A stretch of 59,461 bases of DNA from Ministeria vibrans ATCC 50519 (GCA_943704425.1 CALSCP010001405.1:25176-84636); one strand, 5' to 3'. Counted from the stretch's first letter, positions 15,433-32,040 are shown. The notes: generated by a model from the letters alone, not told the origin. Numbers and translations: made by a program.

Positions 15433-17108
15433 CTGCATCAGGCGCAATCCGTTGGGCTTGTGCGCACTCTCTCCCAATTCCGATGCCAGTTACCTTGCCT
15501 ACCCATTCAGTTCGACCACAGGCGAGTTTGTTATCTTTGACACGATGAACAGTGAGTCGATGAGCGTCATTGCGGCCCACGAAACACCCATTGTACGTGA
15601 GTATCAGTTTTAATTATAAGCTCTTGATTCTCTACTTATTTTCTTAATATCATTTTGTTTCTGGTTTTAGTCTGCAATGGCATTCAACTACACTGGAACA
15701 CTTCTCGCAACAGCATCGCAAAAAGGAACAGTCATTCGTGTCTGGTCTGTGCCTGAGGTAAAAGATTTTTGACAAAGAAGATATTTGTGTTTATTTTAAT
15801 TATTTTATTGTGTTTTTAGGGCAAAAAGATTCTTCAGTTCCGTCGAGGCACATATGCAGCGACTGTCTTCTCGCTGTCGTTTGATATCCACTCGCGGTTT
15901 CTCACGTGCTGCTCCGACAGTGACACAGTCCATGTGTTCCGACTCGTTGACGAGCAAGAGCAACAAGAGGAAAAGGTATACATGTCTTCTAAGAGTGTTG
16001 TGTATGCGTGTGTGAATGTCATTCTGTATGATTTTGTGATATTTGTATACTTATACTCTCTCTTGTTTTTTATAATAATGATTTTATAGCGCAATCAGGG
16101 TTATTTGTCGTACGCAATGAACTTTGCGACGTCCTACCTTCCGACTACCGTAGCGGACATGTGGAGTCCCTACCGCAACCATGCCTTTGCCAAGCTGCCC
16201 TGTGGTGCAGGAAAGAAAGGGGGTAAGACCGAGCGCAGTGGATGCTCTTGCATTGTTTTTTTTTATCATTATTCTCACTGACTCGTTCTCTCCGCTCACC
16301 ATCGGTTGTTTAGTGTGTGCGTTGGTGAACACGGGAGGTGGCAAGGACGAACAGCCGCTGTTGATGGTGGTTCTCGACACGGGCACTGTCTACCAGTTCA
16401 AGTTTGATGTGGTCAATGGTGGTGAGTGTACGCTCGACAGTCAGCACAGGTATTCAAAAATTTTGTCGTACTTTAAACACGTTTTTTATTCATATAAATT
16501 TAATATTATTGTTTTACAATTCGTTTTTCTCTTTTTTATTCTTTGTATTTTGTAGTGTTCTTGGAGATATGTCGATTGAGGAACTGCCCATGACGGCGAA
16601 CAAGACAGTCTCACGCGCGGCCGCCATGCGAATGGAAGTGGCAAAACAGCGCACGACGGAGGCCATGAGTACACGACCTACTGTGCCAACCAACACCATA
16701 GCACCGCATCCCATCTCTACCGTGACCACTGCCACTGCCGCACTGACTGTCACAGAGCAGACAGCCGTGCTGCCTCCGCACACCAAGGGAGCAGATGCCA
16801 CAAGTACTACCACCAGTGGGGTCTCGCCCTTCTCGTCGTATGCCACTGCCACCTCGTCGGGTCTCTCTCCCGACACACTCAAGCCTACAACATCGGCATC
16901 GTCACAGCCATCTTCACTCCTTCCCGCACAGCTCATCCCCGAACCGGCCACTGCTGCCGAGACTGCCGCAGCGCAGGCACACGCCAAGCAAGCGATCGAG
17001 GACAAGGCACTGCCGCCACTGCCACAGTTGGACGAAGGAAATGTCGAGGAAATGGACACGGGTGGAATGGATTTGGAGGCGAGTGTCCTCAACGCAACAA
17101 CAGTATGA
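14237..17108 (+). CDS. ATG18: ATG18/WIPI1-2 PROPPIN beta-propeller with a long low-complexity C-terminus; ~10 exons
   Basis: [59 protein letters not shown] and TVHVF motifs. Confidence 0.92.
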
Positions 17109-17561
17109 AAAAGCCAAAGTTTGATTCTGACTTATTAATTTGTTTTTTTTCTTTTATTTTGCTCTTTCTCCTTTCTCATAGGAAAACTTTTCAGCAGTTC
17201 TCTCCAAATTCCAACGAATTGACTCACACGAACGACCGAGCGACGTACACGAAGACGACGACGACGAGGACGACGATGACGATGATGATGACATCAATGA
17301 TCTTTGAGAAGGAGAGACAGAGAGACAGAGAGACAGAACGAAGCGAACAAAAACTAACTCTATTCTATTATTCACTTTCACTTTTTGATATGAATGCACA
17401 ACGAGAGTAGTATACAAATAAAAAATAATAATCTCCAAATTAATCCTCATCATACTTGAAAATAAACACACAAAAAGTCGAATTGTACTCTCACTCAAAC
17501 GCACACACACAAAATGTAAACAGTGCTAGCTCCTTTCATCTCTCTCCTCTCTCTCTCTCTC

Positions 17562-21017
<3,456 letters not shown>

Positions 21018-21025
21018 NNNNNNNN

Positions 21026-21779
21026 TACGCGGATCTCAGTTCGTTATCGAGCCGCCGTTGCGTTTGCTGCTGGAGGAGAACGCCAAGGCACCGCGTACCT
21101 TCTTCATCACAATGCGAGATGAGGACGCGTCCAAGTGGTGTCGCGTCAAGGACGAAACAGCGAGGGCGCTGACGTTCCTGTGGCAGCAGCACTTCAAGCT
21201 GCACCTGTGCTGCGAGTACAGTGACAGCATCCACGTTTGTGGCGAGCCGTACGACCTCACGTTCAACCGCCATGGCCTGCGCACGCTCTTCCGCGGTGCC
21301 AACACAAGGTGATGAGCATCATAGCCACTAGCGGACGCTGGTGCGCGGATCGGCGCCAATGCGGCCGACGCTGCAGACTTTGCCCCTTGGGCGGGTCTTG
21401 CGGCCACCGTCGCTGTCGCTGCCCTGCGCCATCTCATTAACGACCACTCTTCCTTTGAAGGTAAAGATCAATCCCAAATAATAGTACACCGTTTCACTTT
21501 ATTGCATCCCCAGCCGTCATGACGGTTGCGCTTGCCAAGGACACGCAGCTACGTACCGCGACAGCAGCTCTCTCCGACGAAACACAGCGCGAGACGTGGG
21601 ATGCAGACTCAGACAACCACGACACACTCACTCGGCTGCTGTGCCAACTCGACCCAGAAGAGGGCTGGCGTGGCCTGCGCCCGGTCGCGTATACAGATGG
21701 CCGGGTTGCGTTCATGTGTGAAGCCCACCGAGCTGAGTCGCGTCTCCGTGGCCAGCTCCTCCCTGAGACGGGTGTATAA
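21026..21779 (+). CDS. 3' fragment of a protein with a COR-B/Roco-like C-terminal tail; 5' part lost in the gap
   Basis: PRTFFI...FKLHLCCEY...H...PY and LLCQLDPEEGWRGLRPVAYTDGRVAFMCEAH resemble C-termini of Roco/LRR proteins. In-frame stops near 21310-21324 need a short intron or indicate decay. Confidence 0.45.
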
Positions 21780-22077
21780 TAACAATTTTTACAGTACAAT
21801 GAAATGGTTCAATGTATTCATTCTCTCTTCATTCTGATTCTGATCTAGTCACGCCAATGAATGAAAATGGTCAACAGAAACGCAGCCGCTTCGATTTTGG
21901 ATTGGAAAAGAACTCGCCTGTCGACTGGGGTGAGACGCAGGCGACCACCGTTGGTGACTGGGGTAATCTGGTAGAAGTCGTTCATGGGTGAAATTAGTGA
22001 ATAGATTTACGACTGTAGTCTCCTTGTGCTGCGAACACAATGGCCATGTTGTTCAATGTCAACGTCAATATTCGTGA

Positions 22078-22794
22078 TTACAGATCGCTCTCTGGTTCGC
22101 CCGCAATCATGTCGCTAACCACAACGACAGCGACTTGTGTACCTGCGCAAGTGAACGCCCCAACCATGGCTCCAGCGATATTCCCCAGGCCCGGTAGCAC
22201 GGACCCAGCGGCGACCATCGCCCCAATGCAGCCAACAGTCTTGGCAGCACTTTCGGCGACACACTTCACACCCTCACAATTCGTCATTTCATAAACCGTG
22301 CCTCCCACAACAAGGATTGGTCCAGCAGCGGGAACTTTGGTGATCAATGTAGACACCACTCCGCCAACAAAGGCTGAGGTAGCAACGTCAGCAGCGTCGC
22401 CCTTGTCCAAACTTTCGCCGTCGGCCACTTTCTTGAGTTTCTTCGTCGCGGCAGTGACCGCTCCAAAGACAGCTCCATTGGCGGCAGCAGATCCATAGCC
22501 AGGAGTCTCGCCCTGAATCACCTTGTTTGCCTTTGCATCACGAGCGCTACTCGCTTTCGCAGCGGTGCCGGACCCTCTTGGCTGGGCCGTTGGGTTGTAC
22601 GCGCGGTTGTTGGGGTTCATCGCGTTGCTGCGGGCCTTGTGGGAGCGCAGAGCTTGCGCAGCATCGTTGGCCCTGGGCGGCAAGAAATGCAGCGAGGCAG
22701 TGTCTCCATCGTCCTCTCCCTCATCATCATTGTTGGCACGCGTCCCACTCACGATGGCTACGCACAGCACAAGAAGCCACAGACTGCGGCGCAT
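22078..22794 (-). CDS. Intronless secreted/membrane protein with glycine-zipper-like helices
   Basis: 238-aa ORF with a signal peptide (MRRSLWLLVLCVAIVSGTRA) and G/A-rich helices such as GSVLPGLGNIAGAMVGAFTCAG. Confidence 0.7.
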   Translation of the reverse strand: MRRSLWLLVLCVAIVSGTRANNDDEGEDDGDTASLHFLPPRANDAAQALRSHKARSNAMNPNNRAYNPTAQPRGSGTAAKASSARDAKANKVIQGETPGYGSAAANGAVFGAVTAATKKLKKVADGESLDKGDAADVATSAFVGGVVSTLITKVPAAGPILVVGGTVYEMTNCEGVKCVAESAAKTVGCIGAMVAAGSVLPGLGNIAGAMVGAFTCAGTQVAVVVVSDMIAGEPESDL

Positions 22795-23527
22795 GTTGCG
22801 TAGGGAATCTCTGCTAGGTTCTCAGGGGGATTCGGTGACAGGCACACCCTAAACTGAAAATTTCACGAAAATAGGCAAAAAAGAAAATCAAAACGTCACT
22901 GGTATACGGAGTACCCGTGACTCGTGAAGATGTGGAAACGAGAAATGCAGCAAGCCTTTTGTTTTTCTCACCGTTTGCGAGAGAGCTTTTGTAAAGTCAA
23001 CGCCGGATCACACAGTTGGTCCCTTGGATGACCCGACGACTCAAGGCTGCGATTTACTGTACTTACGGTGGAAGATGATAGTATGGAGTATAGTATCGTA
23101 AAGTATACTTTCGGCCAAATATCGAAAGTACGTAAAGAAAGTATGAAACGTAATAAAGTATCTATCAGTGAGTTTGGTTTCACATTTGAGTCAGTGATCA
23201 ATTCAACTGCGCATAAAGTCGTGTGACACTGCTAAGATGAGTGCTGACGCGGATGGGACGCACGCCTGGAACGCCGACGTGGCGTTTACCGAGACGCGCC
23301 GGCTCATGCACAGCTTGGCTTTCGGCTCCTCCCGCAAATTTAATTAAAATAAACGAATACCAATAATTCTAATAATAAAAAATTAATAATAATAATTATT
23401 ATTATTATTAATTATAATAATATTATTAATAATAATAAAAATAATATAATAATACTAATTCGCTGTACAATTAAAAGGTGGTCTCTCCTTCTTTTCCCTC
23501 TTCTTATCACTCTCCCTTTCTCGCTGC

Positions 23528-26500
23528 TCAAACATCATCAGAGGTCTGCCATCGTGAGATGAGCAACGCGACGCTCTTGCGCTTCTTCTCGAGACGTCCT
23601 CCCTCCTCCTCCTCGCTCATCTCCTCTTCGGTATTGGACGAGCGAGGTGCATCGTTCGACGAGTCGGCACTTCGCATCAAGCTGCTTGTGCGTCGCAGAA
23701 GCATCGACTGGCGCTGGCCAGGCGCGTGCTGATCAGCCGCAGCCGCCGACGAGCGTCGTCTCAGGCGTGCGTTGTACGCCGCCTCCTCCTGCACCGCTCG
23801 TTCTCGCTCCTCGTACATCTTGCGACGCTCACGAATCGGCAACTTCGCAATCTCCTCATCCGTGAGGTTTTTCTGACTGAGCGACGGCTCACTCGTGTCC
23901 GTCGCATCGCTTGTCCACTTGCGGCCGCCGTACAGGTCGGTCGACTCGTCCCCAGGGCCACCAATGCCATTCATCTCATCCATACTGTCGTGCACACGAT
24001 CTTCATGGCCGTTTGTCGTCGTCATCGATGTAGACTCTGTGTCCTGCATCGAAATTATTGCCTCTACCGTAGATGTTGACTTTGGCAAACCAGGTGGCGA
24101 GCTTGCCTTGCGCATGTCCCCGTCGCCAACGCCATTGAGTGAACCAAATGCTGCGGGGCTGCTGGCGGTGCGCGTCTCCGGGAACGAGTTGTGTTCGAGG
24201 CGCGGCGAGAACGTTGGCGTCGCCGGTTGATCGTCGTCGTCGTAGAGCGACATCTGCGTCGTCGCGGTGGCGTTCACCTCGTCGTCCGCATCGCCGTCGA
24301 GTTGCGTGCGCTTGTACGTATCCGGCGACTTTTGCGCGTCGCCCGTCACGAGGATGTTGGGCTCGTCGCTGAGTGCCGCTTCACGTTGTTGAGACATCGT
24401 CTGCAGTGTCGCACGGTCAGCGTCGGCAAAGCCCTCCCCCCTGAGAATGCTCACTTCGGTCTCGCGACGCCCGCGCATCTGCTCGTCCTCCACAGCGCCC
24501 TCCAGAATGAGAGAAATACCGTGACGGAACTCTCGCGCCTGGTCGAGCGCCTCAAGCAGCTTCACGCGTGCCTCCACAATCTTGTTGCAGTTTTTGTTGT
24601 AGCCTTGGCGCACGCGCGCTCGCTTCTTCTGTTTGATACCAGTCGAGTCCAGGTGGACAGTCAGATCCGCCCGAGGCGCACTTGAGATGTCGGAGGGGAA
24701 CTCGGTGTTTGACGAGCTCTCGCCAATCACCGACGACGCCTGGGAGGTGCGCGTCGTCACAGCGTCCATCATGCTCGAGACGGGTCGGCGGAAAGTCATG
24801 ATGCGTGTGGCATGCGTTTCAAACGCCGTTGTGATGGCCACGTCGCTAATGCAATGGTACAGCCTCTCGGCAAGATCTTCGCCGCTGGCGAGCAGTCGTT
24901 CCGCCGCAAGACTCAACTGGTTGAAGTGGTGCACAATGACCTCGGCGCGCTCGGTAGTCGACGAGTCGACAGCGTCACCTACCTGCGATAGACGCTTCGA
25001 ACCGGGAAAGGGGCCATCGCCAAGTGAAAGAGAGCCCTTCATGGAGGCGTCCTCCATAATGTGGCGCAGACGGCGAGTCACCTTGCCGATACGAGCGTGC
25101 GGGGGCATGCGAGCAGCGTCGTAGAACTGCTCCTTGGCCGTGAGGAACTGGTCGCGCATGTCCACAGCCGACTGCAAGTTGCGAAGTTGCGCCTTGAAGT
25201 GCGCGTCAAGCGAAAACACGCCCACCGTCTCAAGCGTCTGCTGTGACTGCTTGTGCTTCTGAGCAAGCGCCAACAGCTCAATCTTCCCAAACGGTCGCTT
25301 CTTTTGCGTACCCTTGGCGAGGTGCAGTCGCTTGGCGAGGAACTCGGAGCTGCGACCACCCTCGGTGATGGTCACCTTGACAAACAGTGTCGCGTGCGTG
25401 AGAGGTTCGCTTCGCTCGTTCTCCAACTGGATGTGGCGGTAGCCCTGACGCAGACTTTCGAGAGGCAACGTAAATTGCCCGACAAAGTCGTTTGCCCCAA
25501 AGTTGGTGTCGACGACGGAGAAGCGAAGGAGCGCCAGCTCGGGCATGGCCACCTCGGCATGGAAGGTCTCCTCCCAGACGGGTCGGAAGCCGTTGCTGTT
25601 GACGGGTCGTGTGTGCCAGGTGATCGTGTCGCAGGGCAGTCCAAAGAGCTCAATGTTGACCAGCGGCGACACGACCTTGTTGCGTCCGCCGCCCACCTTG
25701 GGCAGCTGTTGTCCACTAATCACCTTGATGGTAACGTCCTGCATGGCGACACCCGCGAGTGGACCACGCATGGTCGGCGTGAATACGGCGTTGGGGTCAC
25801 GCATCAACTTTGGCTTCAGAATGTAGCCGCATCGGCCATTTTGCCTGAACTTTCCTTCGTTCATCTGAAGATAGAGCAATATTGGGTTATTTCAGAACCA
25901 CGTGTGTTTCAGCGTATTTTACACTTTGTACCTGCATGTAGAGACCGGCCTTTTGGAAGTTAAGGGCAATGAGGTGACATCCAGCGTTCCAGGCGTCCTG
26001 AGGGTTGTAATTGCTCGAGTCGACACGGTAGCCAGCGGGGTAGGTGCGCGTAAACTGTCGCTTGTTAAGATCAACGATGCGTCTCCCATCACCACTGTAC
26101 GCCAGCTTGCGAATCTGACCCTCTGAGAACGAGTGGATCACGTAATACTTGCAATTGGTCCTGCTTTCCTCGAACGACTTGAACGCCTTCACCTGTGTGA
26201 TTCAGATAGCAAGGGAAGGAGAGGAGGAGGAAAGAACAAAGTGGTATAAAGAGGTGAAAAAAAAGAACGAAGGATAAGAGAAAAAACAAAGAAATAGAGA
26301 GAAGGAAGAAGTGAGAAAGAAGACAGCAAAAACAATGGTCAGCGACCAATTTTCAATCGACACTATTTTTGATTTTTCTTTCTCTTGCCTGCACATAGTT
26401 GATCAGATCCGAAAGCTCACGCGCCACCTTGATCTTCTTTTTCTTCTTCTACAGAGTGATGATGGATCATGTTATTGTTAAGATAATTAGGCAGAATTAA

Positions 26501-27099
26501 TATTTAAATACGTTACCTTGTCGCGCTTAAACGAGTCCTTGCGTTCCTTTTTGCCCTTCTCGGTAATCTCGCGCACGTCGTCTTCGTCGTCTTCGGACAC
26601 CTCGTCGTCGTCATCGTCGCCGTCGACAAAGTCCTTGGGTGGCAATTTGCGATGCTTGAGCAGAATCTTGTTCTTGAGCGATTCAGGCGACGGCAGAAAC
26701 TCCTTGCTCTCGTCCACCTCGGGCACATCGAGCATCACCCCAAACTCGCGTTTCATGCACTCCGCCATAAACCGCTACAATAAAACAAGTATAATGTTGA
26801 GCACGCCAAGGTCAAGCAAATAATAATAATAAAAACGCCATAGTGCATACTTGTTGGTCGACAGAGCAATGGTTTTCGAGGGAAAGCACAAGTGGGTAAG
26901 AGGAGGTGCGGAAGGCGTAGCGGGCAATGGTGGCGACCACATCGGCAAAGAGAATTTTGGTGGTGAGAGTGTGTCCGTGATAGATTATAGGAATGCCGTC
27001 GTCGCCATCCCAACAGTCCAGCTCGACACAGCGACAGCCTATCACAATAGAGGAGAAGACGTATCAGAATTATAATTATAATTATAATAATAATAATTA

Positions 27100-27134
<35 letters not shown>

Positions 27135-30078
27135 TTGCGTTTGTCTGGTTCGCAATTGAGTGGAGTGGTACCCTTCAAGAGAGCGCGCTTGTACGCCTCG
27201 ACCGAGGAGCGACCTTTGAGTTGGCCTTCCATGAGGTAGGTATTGTGGGAGGAAGACACAAAGTAGCTGCTGAGCGGTTGGTCCATGTCTTGATGAATGA
27301 CGTCGTGCTCGGGATTGAAAATGTCGTTCATAGGGTCCAACATAAAGTCTGAGAACCCTTGCAACGTAAAGAACCCCTCGCGACGTCCTTCTTCGTCCGG
27401 CTCGTATTTGTCGATCAAATTCTGTACAAGAAAAATTCGAAAAAATTAATGTCAAAAAAAAAGAAAAAAAGAAAACACACACACACGCCTTACCTTGCAT
27501 TGCTTGAGAGTGATGTTGTCAAATCCTTGCTCGAGATCAAGAAAGCGATGGAATGCGGCAGCACTGAGAATGTCGCTGTCGGACTCGCCTTCGTACTGCT
27601 GCATGATGGCACGGAGTTCGCGACGCTCGCTGATGGTGGCGTATAGACGGGAAAATTGCTCCAGATCAAGTTCGTTCTCGCCGTCGTCGCCCTCCTGGAT
27701 CTCGTCACGGAAGAACTGCTTGATTTTCATCTTCAGCTGCCGCACGTCCAAGCCGAGGTTCATGTCGTTGAGAAATGTGGTGATTTCTTTCGAGTCGAGT
27801 TTGCCGCTCTGATCGGCGTCTGCGCTCACAAATGCCTCCTACAAGCAATAATTATAATAAAGATTAATATAATTTAAAACGGTATCTTTTCTGTGTCTTT
27901 CAAAATCAAAGTAATAGAAAGAGAGAAAGGAGAGGGAAGAAACAAAGTGATAGACAGAGAAAGGAGGGGGAAAGAAACAAAGTGATAGAGAAACAAAGTG
28001 ATAGAGAGAGAAAGGAGGGGAAAAGAAACAAAGTGATAGAGAAACAAAGTGATAGAGAGAGAAAGGAGGGGAAAAGAAACAAAGTGATAGAGAAAGGAGG
28101 GGGAAAGAAACAAAGTGATAGAGAAACAAAGTGATAGAGAGAGAAAGGAGGGGAAAAGAATCAAAGTGATAGAGAAAGGAGGGGGAAAAAAACAAAGTGA
28201 TAGAGAAAACTGAGACGGGGTACAAATGTACAACGCAAGTACAGGACGACAAAAATAAAAGAAGAAGCGGACCTGAATTTTGTGTGTGATTTGAGGACGA
28301 CGTGTGGCCTTGTCACCGTGGGGAATGAGGTAGGCGAGACCGGTTGTCCAGTCATTGAAGTCGGATTGGTTGGCGGCAATGAGACTGAGCGTGTCGTACT
28401 CACCACCGTACACAATGCTAAAGCAGAGGTGTTCCATTGGCTCCAGATCCTTGCGCGTGTCAAACGCTGGGCTGTGCAATCCAATGCGCATTTCCTTGAC
28501 CTGGGGAGGTTTCGCATGCAAAGGTAGATGATATAATGAGACAAGAAAACGAAACAACCGTGGATGATTGAGTACCTCGGCAATCATGAGCTTGTGCTTG
28601 TTGGGATCTTTGCTCGAGCTTCCCCCCTCGGCCTCCCACCGGATAGTCGTCAGATCGGGTGCCAAGTAGAACGTGTACGACTTGTCCTTCTTTTTTCTTC
28701 GTGCCAATGTAAAGTACGATCCAGACTACACAAGGCGATATTAATTATTATTATTATTGCTTTTTTTTAAAAGAAAAACAAACAAAAAAACAACCAAACA
28801 AACACACACACTCCACACACTCTCCCGTAATACATACCAACATGACACTGAGCGAGTCGCTAAAGCCCGTGACGAGATGCTGCAGGCCGGTCGTCCAGTT
28901 TTTGTAGTCAGCAATGTTCTCAGCAATCAGATCGAGCGTCTCGAAATTGTCACCTGCAGACAAGGGAGTCAGTCGTGATGAAGAGATAATGTACAACACG
29001 CACCGTAGATAAGGGAGAAGGAGAGATGTTCGAGATGGTTCCACTTTGCCTTGTGAAAAGCGACGGTGTTCTGGCCCTGTCGAATGAACCTAAATACAAG
29101 GCACAAGAAAGTGTGTCAGGCACGCATACACTGCATGGCGCATCGTACTTGACGTCGGCAAGGTAGATTCGTGACTCGAGCGGCTTCTTGGTGGGAAGCC
29201 AGGTGATGTAAGTGAGGTCTTCACTGAGAAGAAAGGTTCGTTGGTAGTGCTTCTTGGGACGCACTTTCATCATTTGCGTGCCCGATTTCATGGCTGTCAG
29301 CGACGTGTTAAAGGCGGAGATGAGATGCACCAGACCTTTCGTCCATGCGTCAAAGTGTGTCTACAGTAACAGGAGAAACCCGGCAAAAATAAATAAAAGA
29401 GTGTGTAAAAATGAAAAATAAAATAATAAAATTCTTAATAATAATTATTATTAATGAAAAAATTATAATAACAACAAGAACAATACAATAAGAATAATAA
29501 CAATAGCAATTAATTTAATACTAGTAATAAAAAACATTCATAATACAATAAAAAAGACGTATTATTAATAAAATGTACCACATCCTCGGCGAACAAGTCG
29601 AGTGGCTCAGTATCGTTGTTGAAGAACACGGTAAACGACAGCTCGTTCTACAGGAACAACAAGTACACACGTACGTTAATTTTGTCACTCTTGCCGATGT
29701 ACTTCCACGTGTACACTCAGACGTGTCTCAATTCGCACCTTGTCTGCTACAGGTTCGACGCACTCGCGAAACGCTTCGGTAGACTGACCGATCACCACCT
29801 GCGTGAAAAATAAAAAGAAAGTTTGAGAGAAGAAAAGAAAACAAGGGTCCTGTGAGCTACACCTCTCGGATGTCGGCGACAAGCATTTTGCTCTCTTTGA
29901 ATTTCTTCTTGGACGGTTCCCATCGAATGGACGTGAGATCGTCAGAGAGAAAGTAGGTGCGCGGGTAGATCTTCTTGGGTCGCACTTTGACGAGTGGCGA
30001 CCCCGACTGCATGATGCTCAGGATATCAGTCATCTCTTGGCCAAGTGCAGTGGACGCGGCAAACTCCGAAAGACCCTC
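23528..30078 (-). CDS. Phosphoinositide phospholipase C, PRIP/PLC-L-like: 3xPH, EF hands, X, Y, C2 and a C-terminal extension
   Basis: [79 protein letters not shown]2 VISGQQLP...GYRHI. Three PH repeats lie upstream. 5' end uncertain. Confidence 0.93.
27935..28210 (-). repeat. Intronic tandem array of a TATCACTTTGTTTCT unit (about ten copies) in the PLC gene
   Basis: AGAAACAAAGTGATAGAG is repeated on the + strand. The same unit occurs in other introns. Confidence 0.9.
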
Positions 30079-30446
30079 CTACGTAAAGAAGGAACATTAA
30101 AAATATAATAATAATAATTATTATAGAGAAAGACAAAGATGAATAGTGGCGCTGCTGTAGAGGCGGACAGCGAAGGAGAGCAAAACCAAGTCAAAGAACG
30201 CTCCAAACCACAATGCATGTGCACAACTTCCGGTGAATTGGCACAAGGAAGAGGCAATTACGGGCGAAAATTGCCCTTTTCGAACGACATCAAAGGACAC
30301 GAGAGACAGAGGCAGCGCGGTTCAGTGGGTGTCAAGGCGACGGTAGATCTGGGCGTTCAATGGAATGCTGAAGAGGCAGCGAAGCAGGAAGGTCGCGGAG
30401 AAAACTCCCAGATGCAGCAGGAGCAAAAGGGAGTTGTTCAAGCGAG

Positions 30447-30478
<32 letters not shown>

Positions 30479-30513
30479 GTGAGATCGAATAAATGGCAGC
30501 AAAACATAAGAAA

Positions 30514-30547
<34 letters not shown>

Positions 30548-30555
30548 TCAATGTA

Positions 30556-31448
30556 CCTTTGGCAAAGTGTTCGCCAGTGCTACTAATGGCACGGATTTGG
30601 AACTGGACAAACTTTTGCCAGCCGCGAGGGGCCTTTTCCTTGTCTGAAAGACAAAAAAAAAGCAAGTGAGTGAAGAGTGAGACAGAATTGGCTTGTGGTA
30701 CCTTTGCGCTCAATGAAGAGAGAGAATTCACTGTGTTGGTTGACGCGGTTTCCTCGAGGGAACGCCATCAGTCGCCTGAAGAGCGAAATTCACAAACATG
30801 AACTTTAATACACAACAAAACGTATTAGACTACTCAATAATTACCATGGATCTCCGTCAATGATCACATCTGAGCTGTAGATTTTGTTCTCGCTGTGGTC
30901 GAGTCCCTCCACCTCCCACACGAGTTCACCACGAGCGACTTCTTCATCGTCCTAAAGTTCACACAGACAGACACACACACACACGTTAGATATAATAATA
31001 GAAAAATTAGATGAAATGGATTGGTTCCTCTCCTCAAGTCTCATGTGAGACTGAACACTAAAACTGAACAGTAATTCCCTTGAATCCTCCTGTCGATGGT
31101 GTCGTCAACACTCGTCAACTTGATTCTTTTCCTTTTTTTGATTGCTCATTGATCGACCCAACTCCAACACAACACTCATCACACTTTCGCGAACTGAGTG
31201 TGTTTCGCGTACCGAAAACTTCTCCATCCATTTCAGCGGATCCACCTTCTCTGCGACAGCAGCATCGCCTACATAGAAGAGAGCGGGCAGGGTGTGAGCT
31301 CCACATGCGCCAACAGAGAGCGAAAAGTGCAATTTTGGAGGAACAGTGCAACGTTGAAACCTGTTGCATAAGATTCCGTCTCCACCACTTTCACTGCGTC
31401 CATCTCAACATCACTATCCCCACTCTCGATCACATCCACGTTGCCCAT
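30556..31448 (-). CDS. N-terminus and first half of a USP7/Ubp15-type MATH domain. Five phase-compatible exons; 3'-truncated
   Basis: MGNVDVIESGDSDVEMD...|EKVDPLKWMEKFS|DDEEVARGELVWEVEGLDHSENKIYSSDVIIDGDPW|RLMAFPRGN...FSLFIERK|DKEKAPRGWQKFVQFQIRAIS, which fits the MATH consensus. Confidence 0.75.
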
Positions 31449-32037
31449 GGTGGTCAGATCAGTCGATGTGTTGTCACAAACACTCAAATGTAACGAGAAA
31501 GAAAAAAAAACTGCTTTCGAATGAAATTGAGCTTCCACGCAGACTGATCGCGTTTTTAAGTATCGTTCCATTCGCATCTTAGTAGAGCGTAGTTCACCGC
31601 AGCAGTGAGGCCAAGTGGGGAGTTGCAAGCATTGAAAGTATTTTTTCTCTCTATCTGTCTCTCTCTCTCTCTCTTTGGGGATCGAAACAGGTCAAGACGA
31701 CCAGTAGTAATGGCGTGGGAGCTGTGTACAGCACACGTGGACAGTACAGCGGGCATACGGAGGCCGCGTAGGGCGGGAAAGGCGCTTAAACAAACGGAGT
31801 AGGATGCGATGCGAAACGAAACTTCCCCTGCACAAAAAAAGACACCGCGGACGAAGTGCACAGCGTCGCGTCAGAGTACATGTGTACACACGGACTGGCC
31901 ATGGCAGTGGGCGTGGCGACCGAACAGGAGAGGGGGCCAAGCGAGAAGAACACGATGTTTCGAACAAGGCCAACCATCTGCTCTCAGGGCCAGCAGGGTG
32001 TCGAGGCAGTGCACGTGAGTAAGAGGAGGAGGAGGAG

Positions 32038-32040
<3 letters not shown>

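Noticed and set aside
30078-30556. MATH-PLC fusion protein
   Set aside because: Exon phases are incompatible (1 vs 0), direct splicing hits a stop, and the MATH domain is incomplete.
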